From an uncultured Acidimicrobiia bacterium (GTDB lineage: Bacteria; Actinomycetota; Acidimicrobiia; Spongiisociales; ZC4RG35), in the NCBI GenBank assembly GCA_964195235.1, contig CAXMOW010000006.1:4477-68476 (forward strand): DNA of 64,000 bases. The letters are read 5' to 3'. Positions 50,879-60,768 of this stretch are shown here, piece after piece (positions within the stretch are counted from its first letter, which is position 1; the number at the start of each line of letters is the position of its first letter). A program made the translations under genes and the position numbers. The notes under the pieces were generated by a model. That model was not told the origin of the DNA, made no database searches, and was given only the letters and a program-made list of their open reading frames with translations.

Positions 50879-52360
50879 GTGGCCATAGCCAAGATCCCAT
50901 CCACAACGCACGAGCCCCTTCTCTGGGAGTATGCAGAGTCACGCGAATCGACAGCCATCCTCGACCTTCGACCCAAATACGGGTTGTTCATTGATGGAAA
51001 GTTCCGGGCTCCGAAGTCCCGTAAGTATTTTCCGACAATCAATCCGGCGAACGAGGAACATGTGGCCGATGTGGCCGAAGCCGGTAAGGCCGATGTCGAC
51101 GCGGCAGTAACCGCGGCGCGCCGTGCCTATGTCGACACTTGGGGACCGATGCCCGGTGCGGAGCGAGCCAAACACATCTTCCGGCTGGCCCGGATGATTC
51201 AGGAGCGATCGCGCGAGTTGGCGGTCCTGGAGACCCTCGACGGTGGGAAGCCGATCAAAGAGGCCCGGGATGTAGACCTTCCCCTCGTAGCCGGCCATTT
51301 CTTCTACTACGCCGGATGGGCCGACAAGCTCGACTACGCCTTCGCGGGAGTTCGACCGCGGCCGCTTGGTGTGGCTGGCCAGATCATCCCGTGGAACTTC
51401 CCGATGATGATGCTCGCTTGGAAAGTCGCCCCGGCTCTCGCGACCGGGAACACGGTGGTCCTCAAGCCTGCTGAGACCACCCCGCTCACCGCGCTGATCT
51501 TCGCCGAAATTGCAGCTGAATCTGGACTTCCCCCTGGGGTGCTCAACGTGGTCACAGGTGCCGGAGGCACCGGTTCTCTTGTGGTGTCCCATCACGACAT
51601 CGACAAGGTGGCCTTCACAGGGTCCACCGCGGTCGGCAAGATCATTCAAAGGGAGTTGGCCGGCACTTCTAAGAAACTTACGCTGGAGCTTGGGGGCAAG
51701 GCGGCGCATGTCATCTTCGAAGATGCTCCTCTTGATCAAGCAGTCGAAGGCGTGATCAACGGGATTTTCTTCAACCAGGGTCATGTCTGTTGCGCGGGGA
51801 GCCGCCTCCTGGTCCAGGAGAACATTCACGATCGGTTTGTCGACAAGCTGAAGCGGCGGCTCTCGACCTTGCGGGTCGGCGACCCAATGGACAAGAACAC
51901 CGACATCGGAGCAATCAACAGTCGCGCCCAGTTGGAGAAGATCAATGAACTGGTTGACGTAGGGCTCGCCGAGGGCGCCGAGATGTTCCAACCCGATTGT
52001 GTCCTGCCTGATCGTGGCTTCTACTTCCGGCCGACACTGTTCACCGGTGTTGCCCAGTCCCATCGAATTGCCCAGGAGGAGATTTTCGGTCCCGTACTTT
52101 CGGTGCTCTCCTTCCGCACGCCGGACGAAGCAGTTGAGAAAGCCAACAACACTCCCTATGGATTGTCAGCGGGTGTGTGGACTTCCAAGGGCTCCCGGAT
52201 CCTTTGGATGGCGGATCGGCTGAAAGCCGGGGTCGTCTGGGCCAATACATACAACAAGTTCGACCCGACATCGCCGTTTGGCGGATACAAAGAGTCTGGC
52301 TTTGGACGCGAAGGTGGCCGCCACGGCTTGCTCTCCTACATGGACTGGGACGAGGGATGA
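50879..52360 (+). CDS. Aldehyde dehydrogenase (full length)
   Basis: IIPWNFP, KPAE.TP, FTGST..G, ELGGK, GHVCCAG, EEIFGPV, PFGGYKESG. Confidence 0.95.
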   Translation: MAIAKIPSTTHEPLLWEYAESRESTAILDLRPKYGLFIDGKFRAPKSRKYFPTINPANEEHVADVAEAGKADVDAAVTAARRAYVDTWGPMPGAERAKHIFRLARMIQERSRELAVLETLDGGKPIKEARDVDLPLVAGHFFYYAGWADKLDYAFAGVRPRPLGVAGQIIPWNFPMMMLAWKVAPALATGNTVVLKPAETTPLTALIFAEIAAESGLPPGVLNVVTGAGGTGSLVVSHHDIDKVAFTGSTAVGKIIQRELAGTSKKLTLELGGKAAHVIFEDAPLDQAVEGVINGIFFNQGHVCCAGSRLLVQENIHDRFVDKLKRRLSTLRVGDPMDKNTDIGAINSRAQLEKINELVDVGLAEGAEMFQPDCVLPDRGFYFRPTLFTGVAQSHRIAQEEIFGPVLSVLSFRTPDEAVEKANNTPYGLSAGVWTSKGSRILWMADRLKAGVVWANTYNKFDPTSPFGGYKESGFGREGGRHGLLSYMDWDEG

Positions 52361-53205
52361 GCCGGCTGCAGGTCAAGAAGACCTACAAGCTCTACGTCGG
52401 CGGCAAGTTCCCCCGGTCGGAGTCAGGAAGGTCTTATCCCGCGATGGGATCTGATGGTGAAATCCTTGCCCGGGTCTCTCAGGGCAGTCGGAAGGACCTG
52501 CGTGATGCGGTCAGAATTGCCCGGGGTGCACAATCCTCCTGGGCGGAACGCACTGGATACAACCGCGGGCAAATTCTGTATCGAATTGCCGAGACACTCG
52601 AGGACCGGTCCGGCAGTTTTGAAGAGCAGTTGGTCGACATCGGGCTAACGAGGGCAGCTGCTGGTGTCGAGGTGGCGGCATCGATCGACCGTATGGTTTG
52701 GTACGCCGGGTGGGCAGACAAGTTCGCACAGGTCTATGGCAACCCCAACCCGGTCGCCGGCCCCTTCTTCAACATTTCGTCTCCCGAAGCGACGGGCGTA
52801 GTTGGCGTAATCGCTCCAGAGTCGCCTTCGCTGCTCGGGTTGGTTTCGCGTCTTGCCCCTGTCCTAGTGCCTGGCAATACCGCCGTCGTGCTCGCCTCCA
52901 CCGATTCTCCGATGCCGGCGATCACCTTCACTGAGGTTCTCGACACCTCCGATGTTCCCGGTGGGGTGGTCAACGTTCTCACCGGATTCAAGGACGAGTT
53001 GATTCCCTTTCTTGCCGACCACATGGATGTCAATGCGATCGACGCTGGGGGAGCGACGCCGGACCAGGCGAAGAGAATCCAGGAAGGCGCTGTCCACAAC
53101 GTCAAACGTGTCGTGTTGCCATCAGACAACGGCCCGGCGCAAAGCCCTTATCGGATCGCCGCGTTTACCGAGACCAAAACCGTCTGGCACCCTAAGGGTC
53201 TGTAG
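52357..53205 (+). CDS. Truncated aldehyde-dehydrogenase-like partner protein
   Basis: KTYKLYVGGKFPRSESGR, YAGWADK, E.KTVWHP.G; lacks the catalytic Cys domain. Confidence 0.88.
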   Translation: MSRLQVKKTYKLYVGGKFPRSESGRSYPAMGSDGEILARVSQGSRKDLRDAVRIARGAQSSWAERTGYNRGQILYRIAETLEDRSGSFEEQLVDIGLTRAAAGVEVAASIDRMVWYAGWADKFAQVYGNPNPVAGPFFNISSPEATGVVGVIAPESPSLLGLVSRLAPVLVPGNTAVVLASTDSPMPAITFTEVLDTSDVPGGVVNVLTGFKDELIPFLADHMDVNAIDAGGATPDQAKRIQEGAVHNVKRVVLPSDNGPAQSPYRIAAFTETKTVWHPKGL

Positions 53206-53208
53206 GAG

Positions 53209-53760
53209 TTACTGCTCTTTCGGAGGAGTGTCCCAATCCTGGACGTCTTTGCCTTCTTCGCGGGCGAGGATATCGAGAGCGGCGGCTGCCCCCGCCCCTG
53301 CTGAGATGATCGCCTGACTCCGGGTTGGTCGGACGGAGCGGCCGACCACATAAACACGATCGACCGATGATCGGTTGTCCTGATCCACCACGATGGCGCC
53401 GTTGTCGTCAGTTTCGACATTGAGACTCATGGCAAGCTCGGGGTTCTTGCCTTCGGTCAGGATGAGATAGTCGCCGGTGGCGGCGCCTGACTCAGTCTGG
53501 ACGGTGAAGAGTCCGTTGATAACGGCCGAGGTGACCTCTTCTTCGATCAGGTTTGCGCCTGCGGCTGCCACTTGGCGTTTCGCAACCCTCTGAAAGTCGG
53601 TGCCGGCCATCTCAGGAATTCCGAGATAGTTGTGCAGGTACGCGTAGTTCATCGCTGTCTTGTCGGTACCAAACACTGAAACATCGTGCCCGTTTTTGGC
53701 GAGGAACAACGCAGCAGAGAGGCCGCCGGGCCCGTCACCAACAATCAACACACTTGCCAT
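53209..53760 (-). CDS. Short thioredoxin-reductase-like FAD-binding protein
   Basis: IVGDGPGGLSAAL, NYLG, Q..ISAG.GA.AA; only 183 aa. Confidence 0.75.
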   Translation of the reverse strand: MASVLIVGDGPGGLSAALFLAKNGHDVSVFGTDKTAMNYAYLHNYLGIPEMAGTDFQRVAKRQVAAAGANLIEEEVTSAVINGLFTVQTESGAATGDYLILTEGKNPELAMSLNVETDDNGAIVVDQDNRSSVDRVYVVGRSVRPTRSQAIISAGAGAAAALDILAREEGKDVQDWDTPPKEQ

Positions 53761-53837
53761 TCGATCTCCTTTGATTCAGGCCCTACAACTCAATCGCCCT
53801 CGAACATATGCCCACAAGAGCATCGTGGCCGCAACTT

Positions 53838-54143
53838 TTACTCGCGATGGATGATGCCTGCGATTGTCCAGGTGACGATCACCCAGCCGAACGCTATGAC
53901 CAAAAGGAATCCTTCGAAGCCGTAGTCGAGGCATGTCGGGTTGCCTGCGGCGCGGCACTGATCTTCCAGTCTCGCCGACCCCGCCGTAACGGCCGCCACG
54001 AAGACTCCAATGGCTGTAGCAGCAACGAAGAATTTGCGGACCGTCTGTCGGCGGCCTTTCCGCATCGCCACGACGAAGACCGGACTGCCTGAGATCACCA
54101 AGGCAGCTGTCGCCAGTAGCAGCGCAACAAAAAAGGTAGCCAC
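53838..54143 (-). CDS. Hypothetical 3-TM membrane protein
   Basis: Hydrophobic segments, C......C loop, SD GGAGG before GTG. Confidence 0.6.
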   Translation of the reverse strand: MATFFVALLLATAALVISGSPVFVVAMRKGRRQTVRKFFVAATAIGVFVAAVTAGSARLEDQCRAAGNPTCLDYGFEGFLLVIAFGWVIVTWTIAGIIHRE

Positions 54144-54169
54144 GAGTCCTCCATTCTCGCATCACTGTA

Positions 54170-55072
54170 TTGGGAGTGATGCACCAGGATGGGGGCGTGG
54201 ATGAGCGAAGAATGCCGATTGAAGGTCCTCTGGATCTAAGGAAAACTCTCCGACCTCTCCACGGGAAATTTGCCGATGACGGATGGTGGCTATCTGCTCG
54301 GACACCAGCCGGACCGGGCTCTATGCGTATCAGCAGAACTCGGGCTGACGTGATCGGAACGGCTTGGGGTGAAGGATCCGAGTGGTTGCTCAACCGGCTC
54401 GGTGGTATTTCGGGACTCGATGACGATCCATCGACGTTCAACCCGGACCACCAATTCATTGCGGAGCTTCATCGTCACAACATGGGTCTTCGCTTCGGAC
54501 GGACCGACCTTGTATTTGCCTCGCTGGTTGTAGCGATCTGTGCCCAGAAGGTCACCGGCAAGGAGGCCGGTCGGGCCATGCGGGGCCTAGGTCGCGCCTT
54601 TTCTCATTCGGCCCCAGGGCCCAACTCTCAGCTCCGACTGCCGCCCGATCCCCAACGCATGGCGGAAGCTCCGTATTGGGTCTACCACGAGCTACACCTG
54701 GAGAAGCGCCGCGCAGACGTTATTCGTCGGGTTGCGGCATCCGCAGAGAAGATTGATGCCCTCAGTGAGGAAACCCCTGCGGTCGCGGAAGGTGCCCTCC
54801 GAACTTTCCCTGGGATCGCCGCCTGGTCCATAGCGGAGACGCTGGCCAGCTCGCATGGCGACCCTGACCAGGTCTCCGTAGGGGACTTTCATCTGAAACA
54901 TATCGTCGTTCATCATCTGACAGGCAAGGACCGTGGGACCGACGAGGAGATGTTGGCGCTCTTGGAGCCGTTTCGCCCAAATCGAGGGAGGGTGGCTCGG
55001 CTACTCCATACCCTCGGTCATGAGCCCAAGTTCGGCCCACGGATGACGCCGCGCGACATCACCCGGATGTAG
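54170..55072 (+). CDS. HhH-GPD DNA glycosylase (actinobacterial 3-methyladenine glycosylase type)
   Basis: TP.GP, QKVTG.EA, PAPGP-like motif, PGI..WS.AE, GD.D.VSVGDFHL, MLALLEP....R.R; start may be GTG 54197. Confidence 0.85.
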   Translation: MGVMHQDGGVDERRMPIEGPLDLRKTLRPLHGKFADDGWWLSARTPAGPGSMRISRTRADVIGTAWGEGSEWLLNRLGGISGLDDDPSTFNPDHQFIAELHRHNMGLRFGRTDLVFASLVVAICAQKVTGKEAGRAMRGLGRAFSHSAPGPNSQLRLPPDPQRMAEAPYWVYHELHLEKRRADVIRRVAASAEKIDALSEETPAVAEGALRTFPGIAAWSIAETLASSHGDPDQVSVGDFHLKHIVVHHLTGKDRGTDEEMLALLEPFRPNRGRVARLLHTLGHEPKFGPRMTPRDITRM

Positions 55073-55089
55073 CGGGGACAGTGCCGAGG

Positions 55090-56037
55090 TTATCTCTCCA
55101 GCCAGGTCACGATCAGATCCCCCACCCATGCCGGCTCGCGCACATTCATGTGACGTGCGCCCTCTACTAATTCGAGAACGCTGTCAGATCCCGAATTCAG
55201 GAGTGCATTGTGGAAATCGAATGCGAAGCTGTCGTCGACGATTCCGTCCTGATCCCCGTACATGACGAGTGAGACCAGGTTGGTGTTCTGATCAGTGAGC
55301 CGCTGAGGATTGCCGGCCAGCCAAGCATCCGGAGCACCATTGGGGCTGGCCCCGAAGAAGGGGAGCATGAGCAGACCTAGTCGGTCCACGTCGTACGGCC
55401 CGGCGAGTCCAACCAGCTTGTCAGGAATCCCTGAGCCAGGGACCGCACACCCTCCCGCGTACTGGTCACCGGTGAGAGCCACCACCGCTGACAGATGGGC
55501 GCCCGCCGAGTGACCGATCACGGCGACCGTGCCATCGGACTCCGGGAGGGCACGCGCATGGTTCACAGCACAAGTTATGTCTTCGAGTGCATCTGGGAAT
55601 CCAGGGGAATCGTTCGACAGCTTGTATCTGGTGTTGACGGTGATGAAGCCGGCATTGGTCAAATGGTTTGCAAGACCACGCATGAGTCCAGGGTCGCCGG
55701 TAACCCAACCACCACCATGAACCAGAACCACAGCGGGAAACGGGCCGGCACCTTGGGGAATCTTTATTTCAGCGTCGATAGGCGGGAGCTCAACCAGTGT
55801 TGTGGTTGTTGGAGGAAGTGTGGTGGTTGTTGCAGGAAGTGTTGTTGTTGTGCTGGTGGTCGTTGTGCTGGTGGAACTTGTTGTCGTTGGGGCAGGCGTG
55901 GTCGATGATTTCGAGGACGCAGAATTCGTTGAAGTCGTGGTTGTCGGCTCACCAGCGCTGCTCGCAGCGCAAGCCGAGAGAACCAGCGATGCAACGACTA
56001 ATTGAGTAGCGAAGCCGCTGCGCTGTCTACGTGCCAT
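55090..56037 (-). CDS. Alpha/beta hydrolase lipoprotein (HSL-like)
   Basis: Lipobox LSAC, Thr-rich linker, HGGGW, GHSAG, G..D..V, G..H. Confidence 0.85.
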   Translation of the reverse strand: MARRQRSGFATQLVVASLVLSACAASSAGEPTTTTSTNSASSKSSTTPAPTTTSSTSTTTTSTTTTLPATTTTLPPTTTTLVELPPIDAEIKIPQGAGPFPAVVLVHGGGWVTGDPGLMRGLANHLTNAGFITVNTRYKLSNDSPGFPDALEDITCAVNHARALPESDGTVAVIGHSAGAHLSAVVALTGDQYAGGCAVPGSGIPDKLVGLAGPYDVDRLGLLMLPFFGASPNGAPDAWLAGNPQRLTDQNTNLVSLVMYGDQDGIVDDSFAFDFHNALLNSGSDSVLELVEGARHMNVREPAWVGDLIVTWLER

Positions 56038-56675
56038 TCGACCTGTGCGTCACCTTCCCCGACCCGACCGGCTGGTGTGACTCCAGCGAACGAGTCGCGC
56101 AAAGCCTCAGCTTTGTCGTTGCCGACGATGAGGAAGATGATGTGGTTTGCGACCCAGAGCAGGGAGTATGTCGCGGTGATTCGCGTCTCGTTGTGTTGGG
56201 GCACTTCGTTGGCGACGAACCAACGGTCACGTTCGTCGAGAGCCGCGGTTCCGGGAAAAAGGGAAGCCGTGTGGCCGTCGGGCCCCATTCCGAGGAGGAC
56301 AAGATCTGGCTCACGACCTGGATGAATCGATCTGATTTGTGTTTCGTAGGAAGTAGCAGACTCCTCTGGATCGTGTTTATTCCAGATCGGTCGATGAAAG
56401 GTTGCGGACACGTGATCCAGGAGTGTTTCGGCTGCTTGTCGACCGTTGGATCGGGCGTCGTTCAAGGGAACCCAACGTTCGTCGGACAGCCACGCATCGA
56501 CCTTGGACCAGTCCAGTGAGCTGTCGCGAAGGATCCGATATGTGGCAGCAGGAGTCGAACCTCCGGCGAGTCCAAGACTGAACCGCTCTGACTCGGTAGC
56601 TGCCACGAGTTTGGCGATCTGCTCGGCCACGGCCTCGGCGACCGTCGAAGCGTCTTTGTGTATCACCAGGTCCAT
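55998..56675 (-). CDS. pgl: 6-phosphogluconolactonase
   Basis: LAGGSTP, DERWVP.....SN, LLGMGPDGHTASLFPG. Confidence 0.95.
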   Translation of the reverse strand: MDLVIHKDASTVAEAVAEQIAKLVAATESERFSLGLAGGSTPAATYRILRDSSLDWSKVDAWLSDERWVPLNDARSNGRQAAETLLDHVSATFHRPIWNKHDPEESATSYETQIRSIHPGREPDLVLLGMGPDGHTASLFPGTAALDERDRWFVANEVPQHNETRITATYSLLWVANHIIFLIVGNDKAEALRDSFAGVTPAGRVGEGDAQVEWHVDSAAASLLN

Positions 56676-56711
56676 GACACGAACGGTAACGCCATGTCCT
56701 ACATTTGAGGC

Positions 56712-57374
56712 ATGCCCAACAATGTCATAGTCAATTGGGACGGCGGCGAAGTGAGTGGACGTCTAGAGGGAGACGGGTCAGACGGGATCCTTCTGGCTCA
56801 CGGTGCCGGAACAAATCAGGATCATCCACTGATGGTGATGCTTCGCGGCGGTCTCGCGGAGGCAGGTCACACCGTCATGAGCTTCAACTACCCCTACACC
56901 GAACGCGGATCGAAGTCACCAGACCGTGCTGAGAAACTGCTCGTCTGTCATCAAGCCGCTGCCGACTTTCTCCGACCAACCGTCGATCATCTCTACTTGG
57001 CCGGACGTTCGATGGGTGGCCGTATCGGCACCTATGTCGTCGCCGAGGGCGGGGAGGCTTCCGGTCTCATTCTGTATGCATATCCCTTGCATCCGTCTGG
57101 CAAACCGGAGAAGCTTCGTGTTGACCAATTCTCCCAAATCGCTGTCCCGATGCTCTTCTTCCAGGGAACCAGTGACGCGCTCTCCAGAATGGAGCTTTTC
57201 GAGGAGCACATCGCGACGCTCCCCAACACGACCGTCAAGATCCTCGAGGGCGCCACCCACGGGGCCAAAGGCGGAGGTTGGACCACGGAGACAATGGTCG
57301 AGCGTCTTGTAGCCGACACAACTACCTGGGTTGGTGCGATCTCGTCTGGCAGAAGCAGCCATAAGGGGCCATAA
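56712..57374 (+). CDS. Alpha/beta hydrolase family protein
   Basis: LAHGAG, GRSMGGR, YPLHP.GKPEKLR, QGT.D. Confidence 0.88.
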   Translation: MPNNVIVNWDGGEVSGRLEGDGSDGILLAHGAGTNQDHPLMVMLRGGLAEAGHTVMSFNYPYTERGSKSPDRAEKLLVCHQAAADFLRPTVDHLYLAGRSMGGRIGTYVVAEGGEASGLILYAYPLHPSGKPEKLRVDQFSQIAVPMLFFQGTSDALSRMELFEEHIATLPNTTVKILEGATHGAKGGGWTTETMVERLVADTTTWVGAISSGRSSHKGP

Positions 57375-57412
57375 TTGGGACCCACCCCCTTCGTTTCTCA
57401 AGGAGTCTTTTG

Positions 57413-58099
57413 ATGTCTGAAGTAAACCTGCTTGTCAAAGCAGGCAGAGCGCCCGGCTCACGTGAGTCGCGACGTATTCGCCTGCAGGGCAAGGTACCCG
57501 CCATCGTTTATGGCGAGGGCATCGCCATGCCCGTCCCAGTGGCTGTTGACGCCCGTGAGCTCCACGATGCACTTCACACCGAAGCGGGATCGAACGCAAT
57601 CATCAGCCTCGAGATCGAGGGTGGTGACACCTTGACCACTATGGCCCGGGTCATCGAGCGTCACCCTTTTCGCAGCGAATACCGGCATATTGACTTTGTC
57701 ACGGTTGACCTGACCCAGATCGTGATCGCCGAAGTCACCATCCAGTTCGAGGGCACTCCGGTGGGTGTTCGCGAGGGTGGCGTTTTCAGCCCTCGTCGCA
57801 CCACCGTCACTATCGAAGTGCTGCCCACCGAAATCCCGGCCTTTATCGAACTGGACGTTTCGGACGTTGAGCTGAACGGTTCGCTTCGGATCGAGGATCT
57901 TCCCGAGCTGGAAGGCGTCGTGTACACCGAAGATCCCGAGGCCGTCATCATGTCCGTGACAGTTCCCGCTGCTGAGGTCGAAGAAGAAGAGCCCGAGCTC
58001 ACCGAGGAGGAGCTTGCCGAGTTGGAGGAGCTTGAGGAGGGTGAGGCTGAAGAGGGTGCTGAAGCCGAGGACGAAGAAGAGACCGAAGACAGGGAGTAG
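57413..58099 (+). CDS. rplY: 50S ribosomal protein L25/Ctc with acidic tail
   Basis: SRR.R..GKVPAIVYG, HP......HIDF, G...GV..GG; Glu-rich C-terminus. Confidence 0.96.
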   Translation: MSEVNLLVKAGRAPGSRESRRIRLQGKVPAIVYGEGIAMPVPVAVDARELHDALHTEAGSNAIISLEIEGGDTLTTMARVIERHPFRSEYRHIDFVTVDLTQIVIAEVTIQFEGTPVGVREGGVFSPRRTTVTIEVLPTEIPAFIELDVSDVELNGSLRIEDLPELEGVVYTEDPEAVIMSVTVPAAEVEEEEPELTEEELAELEELEEGEAEEGAEAEDEEETEDRE

Positions 58100-58103
58100 T
58101 CCG

Positions 58104-58682
58104 GTGCGTGTCGTTGTCGGGCTCCGCAACCCGGGGTCTGACTACCAAGGCACCCGTCACAACATCGGGTTCGAGGTGGTTGAGCACGTCCTCGATCGCT
58201 TGGGAGAGTCTCTGGGCAAGAGTCCCTCGCGGGTGAGGGCGATGATTGCCCACACTGGTCTGAGTGAGGAGCACACTCTTTATCTCGCACCCACCACATT
58301 CATGAACGAATCGGGAGGTGCTGTGAGCGCAGGCCTCTCCTATTACAGGGTCAATACCGACGAGTTGCTTGTCATTCACGACGATATCGATCTTCCCTTT
58401 GGCCGACTCCGGGTTCAGGTGGCAGGTGGCAGCGGTGGTCACAACGGCATTCGATCGGTGGAGAAGTCGGTTGGGACCAAAGAGTTCTCCAGACTCAAGG
58501 TCGGTGTTGGGCGTCCGCCCGGTTCGATGGACCCAGCCGATTACGTGTTGCGCCCATTCACGAAAACGGAGCGTCAAGAGATGGACATCATCGTGGACGA
58601 CGCGGCAGACATCGTCGCACTCTGGTTGACCGACCGCGCCAAGGCTCAAGAGATGGCGGCCTTGAGAGGCAGGGATGGCTGA
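58104..58682 (+). CDS. pth: Peptidyl-tRNA hydrolase
   Basis: VVGL.NPG..Y..TRHNIGF, FMN.SG, HDDID, GGHNG, G.GRPP. Confidence 0.97.
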   Translation: MRVVVGLRNPGSDYQGTRHNIGFEVVEHVLDRLGESLGKSPSRVRAMIAHTGLSEEHTLYLAPTTFMNESGGAVSAGLSYYRVNTDELLVIHDDIDLPFGRLRVQVAGGSGGHNGIRSVEKSVGTKEFSRLKVGVGRPPGSMDPADYVLRPFTKTERQEMDIIVDDAADIVALWLTDRAKAQEMAALRGRDG

Positions 58683-60159
58683 GTACGTCGGCGCACTGGA
58701 CCAGGGGACGACTTCTACCCGTTTCATGATCTTCGACAAAACAGGTTCGGTCGTTTCGATCGCCCAGGAGGAACACAGCCAGATCTTCCCGAAGCCCGGC
58801 TGGGTTGAGCATGATCCGGTCGAGATCCGGGTCAGAACTCAATCGGTGATCGAGGGAGCGCTCGATGACGGGGGGGTTGTGGCCTCCGACTTAGCCGCCG
58901 TCGGAATCACCAATCAACGCGAGACCACGGTGATCTGGGATCGGGAGACCGGTGATCCGGTGGCCAACGCCATTGTCTGGCAGGACGCCCGCACAGCTGA
59001 CCTGTGCGTGGAGTTGGGTGGGGATGAAGGCCCGGACCGGTTCCGGGCCCGCACTGGGTTGCCGTTAGCAACCTACTTCGCCGGCCCCAAAGCGAGGTGG
59101 CTACTCGATGAGCACGGTCTTTACGATCGGGCGGCTAGGGGGGAGCTCGCCATCGGGACAATGGACTCTTGGTCAGCATGGAATCTGACAGGTGGGGCAC
59201 ATCATGTGACTGATGTCACCAACGCCTCACGGACTCTCCTCATGGATCTAGTCACCACTTCATGGGACTCCGATCTCACAATGGAGATTGGGGTGCCCAC
59301 TCATGCTCTCCCGGACATCGTTCCTTCTATTGGCCACATCGCGAGCTGCACAGGCCCGCTGGACGGTGTTCCTCTTACGGCGATCATCGGAGATCAACAA
59401 GCGGCCCTCTTTGGCCAGGCCTGTTTTAAACCTGGAGAGGCCAAAAACACATACGGCACTGGCAACTTCATGTTGATGAACACCGGAACAGTCCCGGTAC
59501 CGTCGGAGGCGGGTCTTCTGACGACTGTCGCCTACAAGATCGAGGACGAGGCCACGATTTACGCCTTGGAGGGGTCGGTTGCCGTCTCCGGGTCGCTCGT
59601 ACAGTGGCTTCGCGACAATCTCGGTCTAATCGAGGAGTCCCACCAAGTCGAAGAACTTGCACGGTCGGTTGTCGACAACGGTGATGTCTACTTCGTTCCC
59701 GCGTTCTCCGGTCTTTTTGCTCCTCATTGGAGACCAGACGCCCGCGGGGTCATCGCCGGCCTCACTCGATTCGCCACCAAAGGTCACATCGCCAGGGCTG
59801 CGCTTGAATCGACGGCCTATCAAACCAAAGATGTCCTCGACGCGATGACATCCGACTCTGGTGTGTCCCTTGCAGAATTGAGAGTCGATGGTGGCATGAC
59901 GGGTAACGAACTGCTGATGCAGTTTCAGGCGGACCTCTTGGACGTCGATGTGGTGCGGCCGGTAATTGCCGAGACGACAGCCCTCGGTGCCGCCTTTGCA
60001 GCAGGCCTCGCTGTGGGGTTTTGGGAGAACCTTGATGAGATTCGGGCGCTGTGGGTCGAGTCTCGGCGTTGGAAGCCCGCGATGGATGACACAGAGCGGG
60101 AACGGTTGTGGACCCGTTGGCGGAAGGCGATCGACCGCAGTCTTGGTTGGGTGGAATAG
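58675..60159 (+). CDS. glpK: Glycerol kinase
   Basis: [49 protein letters not shown]. Confidence 0.97.
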   Translation: MAEYVGALDQGTTSTRFMIFDKTGSVVSIAQEEHSQIFPKPGWVEHDPVEIRVRTQSVIEGALDDGGVVASDLAAVGITNQRETTVIWDRETGDPVANAIVWQDARTADLCVELGGDEGPDRFRARTGLPLATYFAGPKARWLLDEHGLYDRAARGELAIGTMDSWSAWNLTGGAHHVTDVTNASRTLLMDLVTTSWDSDLTMEIGVPTHALPDIVPSIGHIASCTGPLDGVPLTAIIGDQQAALFGQACFKPGEAKNTYGTGNFMLMNTGTVPVPSEAGLLTTVAYKIEDEATIYALEGSVAVSGSLVQWLRDNLGLIEESHQVEELARSVVDNGDVYFVPAFSGLFAPHWRPDARGVIAGLTRFATKGHIARAALESTAYQTKDVLDAMTSDSGVSLAELRVDGGMTGNELLMQFQADLLDVDVVRPVIAETTALGAAFAAGLAVGFWENLDEIRALWVESRRWKPAMDDTERERLWTRWRKAIDRSLGWVE

Positions 60160-60210
60160 CCAAACGTCATTGGGCGCTTATGATCCGAACGGTGTAGTCG
60201 AGGAGGCAAA

Positions 60211-60768
60211 ATCTCCGTCCCGCATGCGCTTGCGCTGTTTCGAATTGTCATGGTCTTGCCCATCATGGCGTTCACGCGCGCCGATCAGATCGAGAACCAT
60301 CTGGCTATCGCAGCCGCGTTGTTTGCGCTTGCGGCGTTTACCGATTTTCTCGACGGTTTCATTGCGCGGCGGACCACTGGCGGCACTGTTCTCGGGGCGT
60401 TTCTAGACACCACTGCCGACAAGATCCTGGTAACTGGGTCGCTGTTGGCCCTGGTTTCGGTAGGTCGAGTGTCGATCTGGCCTGCTGCCATCATCATCTT
60501 TCGGGAGTTCACGGTGATGGCGCTTAGAGGCGTTGTTGCGCAGCGCGGCGGTCTAATCCAACCGTCGACATGGGGCAAAATCAAGGCAGTCACTCAGTTC
60601 GTTGCTATTTTCCTCGCGTTCTTGCGTTTATCTGAGCCCTGGGGCCCTTGGTATCTCGACCAGTGGGCGATGTTGGTCGCGGTAATTGCAGCTGTCGGGT
60701 CGATGTGGGGGTACCTCACCGCATTCTGGGATGTCGTCAAGACCGAGCCAACCGAAGTTAAAACGTGA
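60211..60768 (+). CDS. pgsA: CDP-alcohol phosphatidyltransferase (PgsA-like)
   Basis: TD.LDG.IAR.......GAFLD..ADK, RE..V, WGK.K...Q; conserved P..L...R N-terminus lies upstream of the first ATG, implying a start at ATC 60211. Confidence 0.85.
   Translation: MSVPHALALFRIVMVLPIMAFTRADQIENHLAIAAALFALAAFTDFLDGFIARRTTGGTVLGAFLDTTADKILVTGSLLALVSVGRVSIWPAAIIIFREFTVMALRGVVAQRGGLIQPSTWGKIKAVTQFVAIFLAFLRLSEPWGPWYLDQWAMLVAVIAAVGSMWGYLTAFWDVVKTEPTEVKT

Noticed and set aside
50939-52063. 374-aa antisense ORF (also 61833-62873, 29753-30583, 33454-34182, 57999-58739)
   Set aside because: Shadow frames of well-supported genes in GC-rich DNA, with no recognisable motifs.
55795-55940. GTT/GTG-rich repeats (also 43810-43890)
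   Set aside because: They encode Thr/Ser-rich lipoprotein linkers; not a CRISPR or DNA-level array.
57975-58096. GAG-rich low-complexity tract
   Set aside because: The ordinary acidic tail of L25/Ctc.
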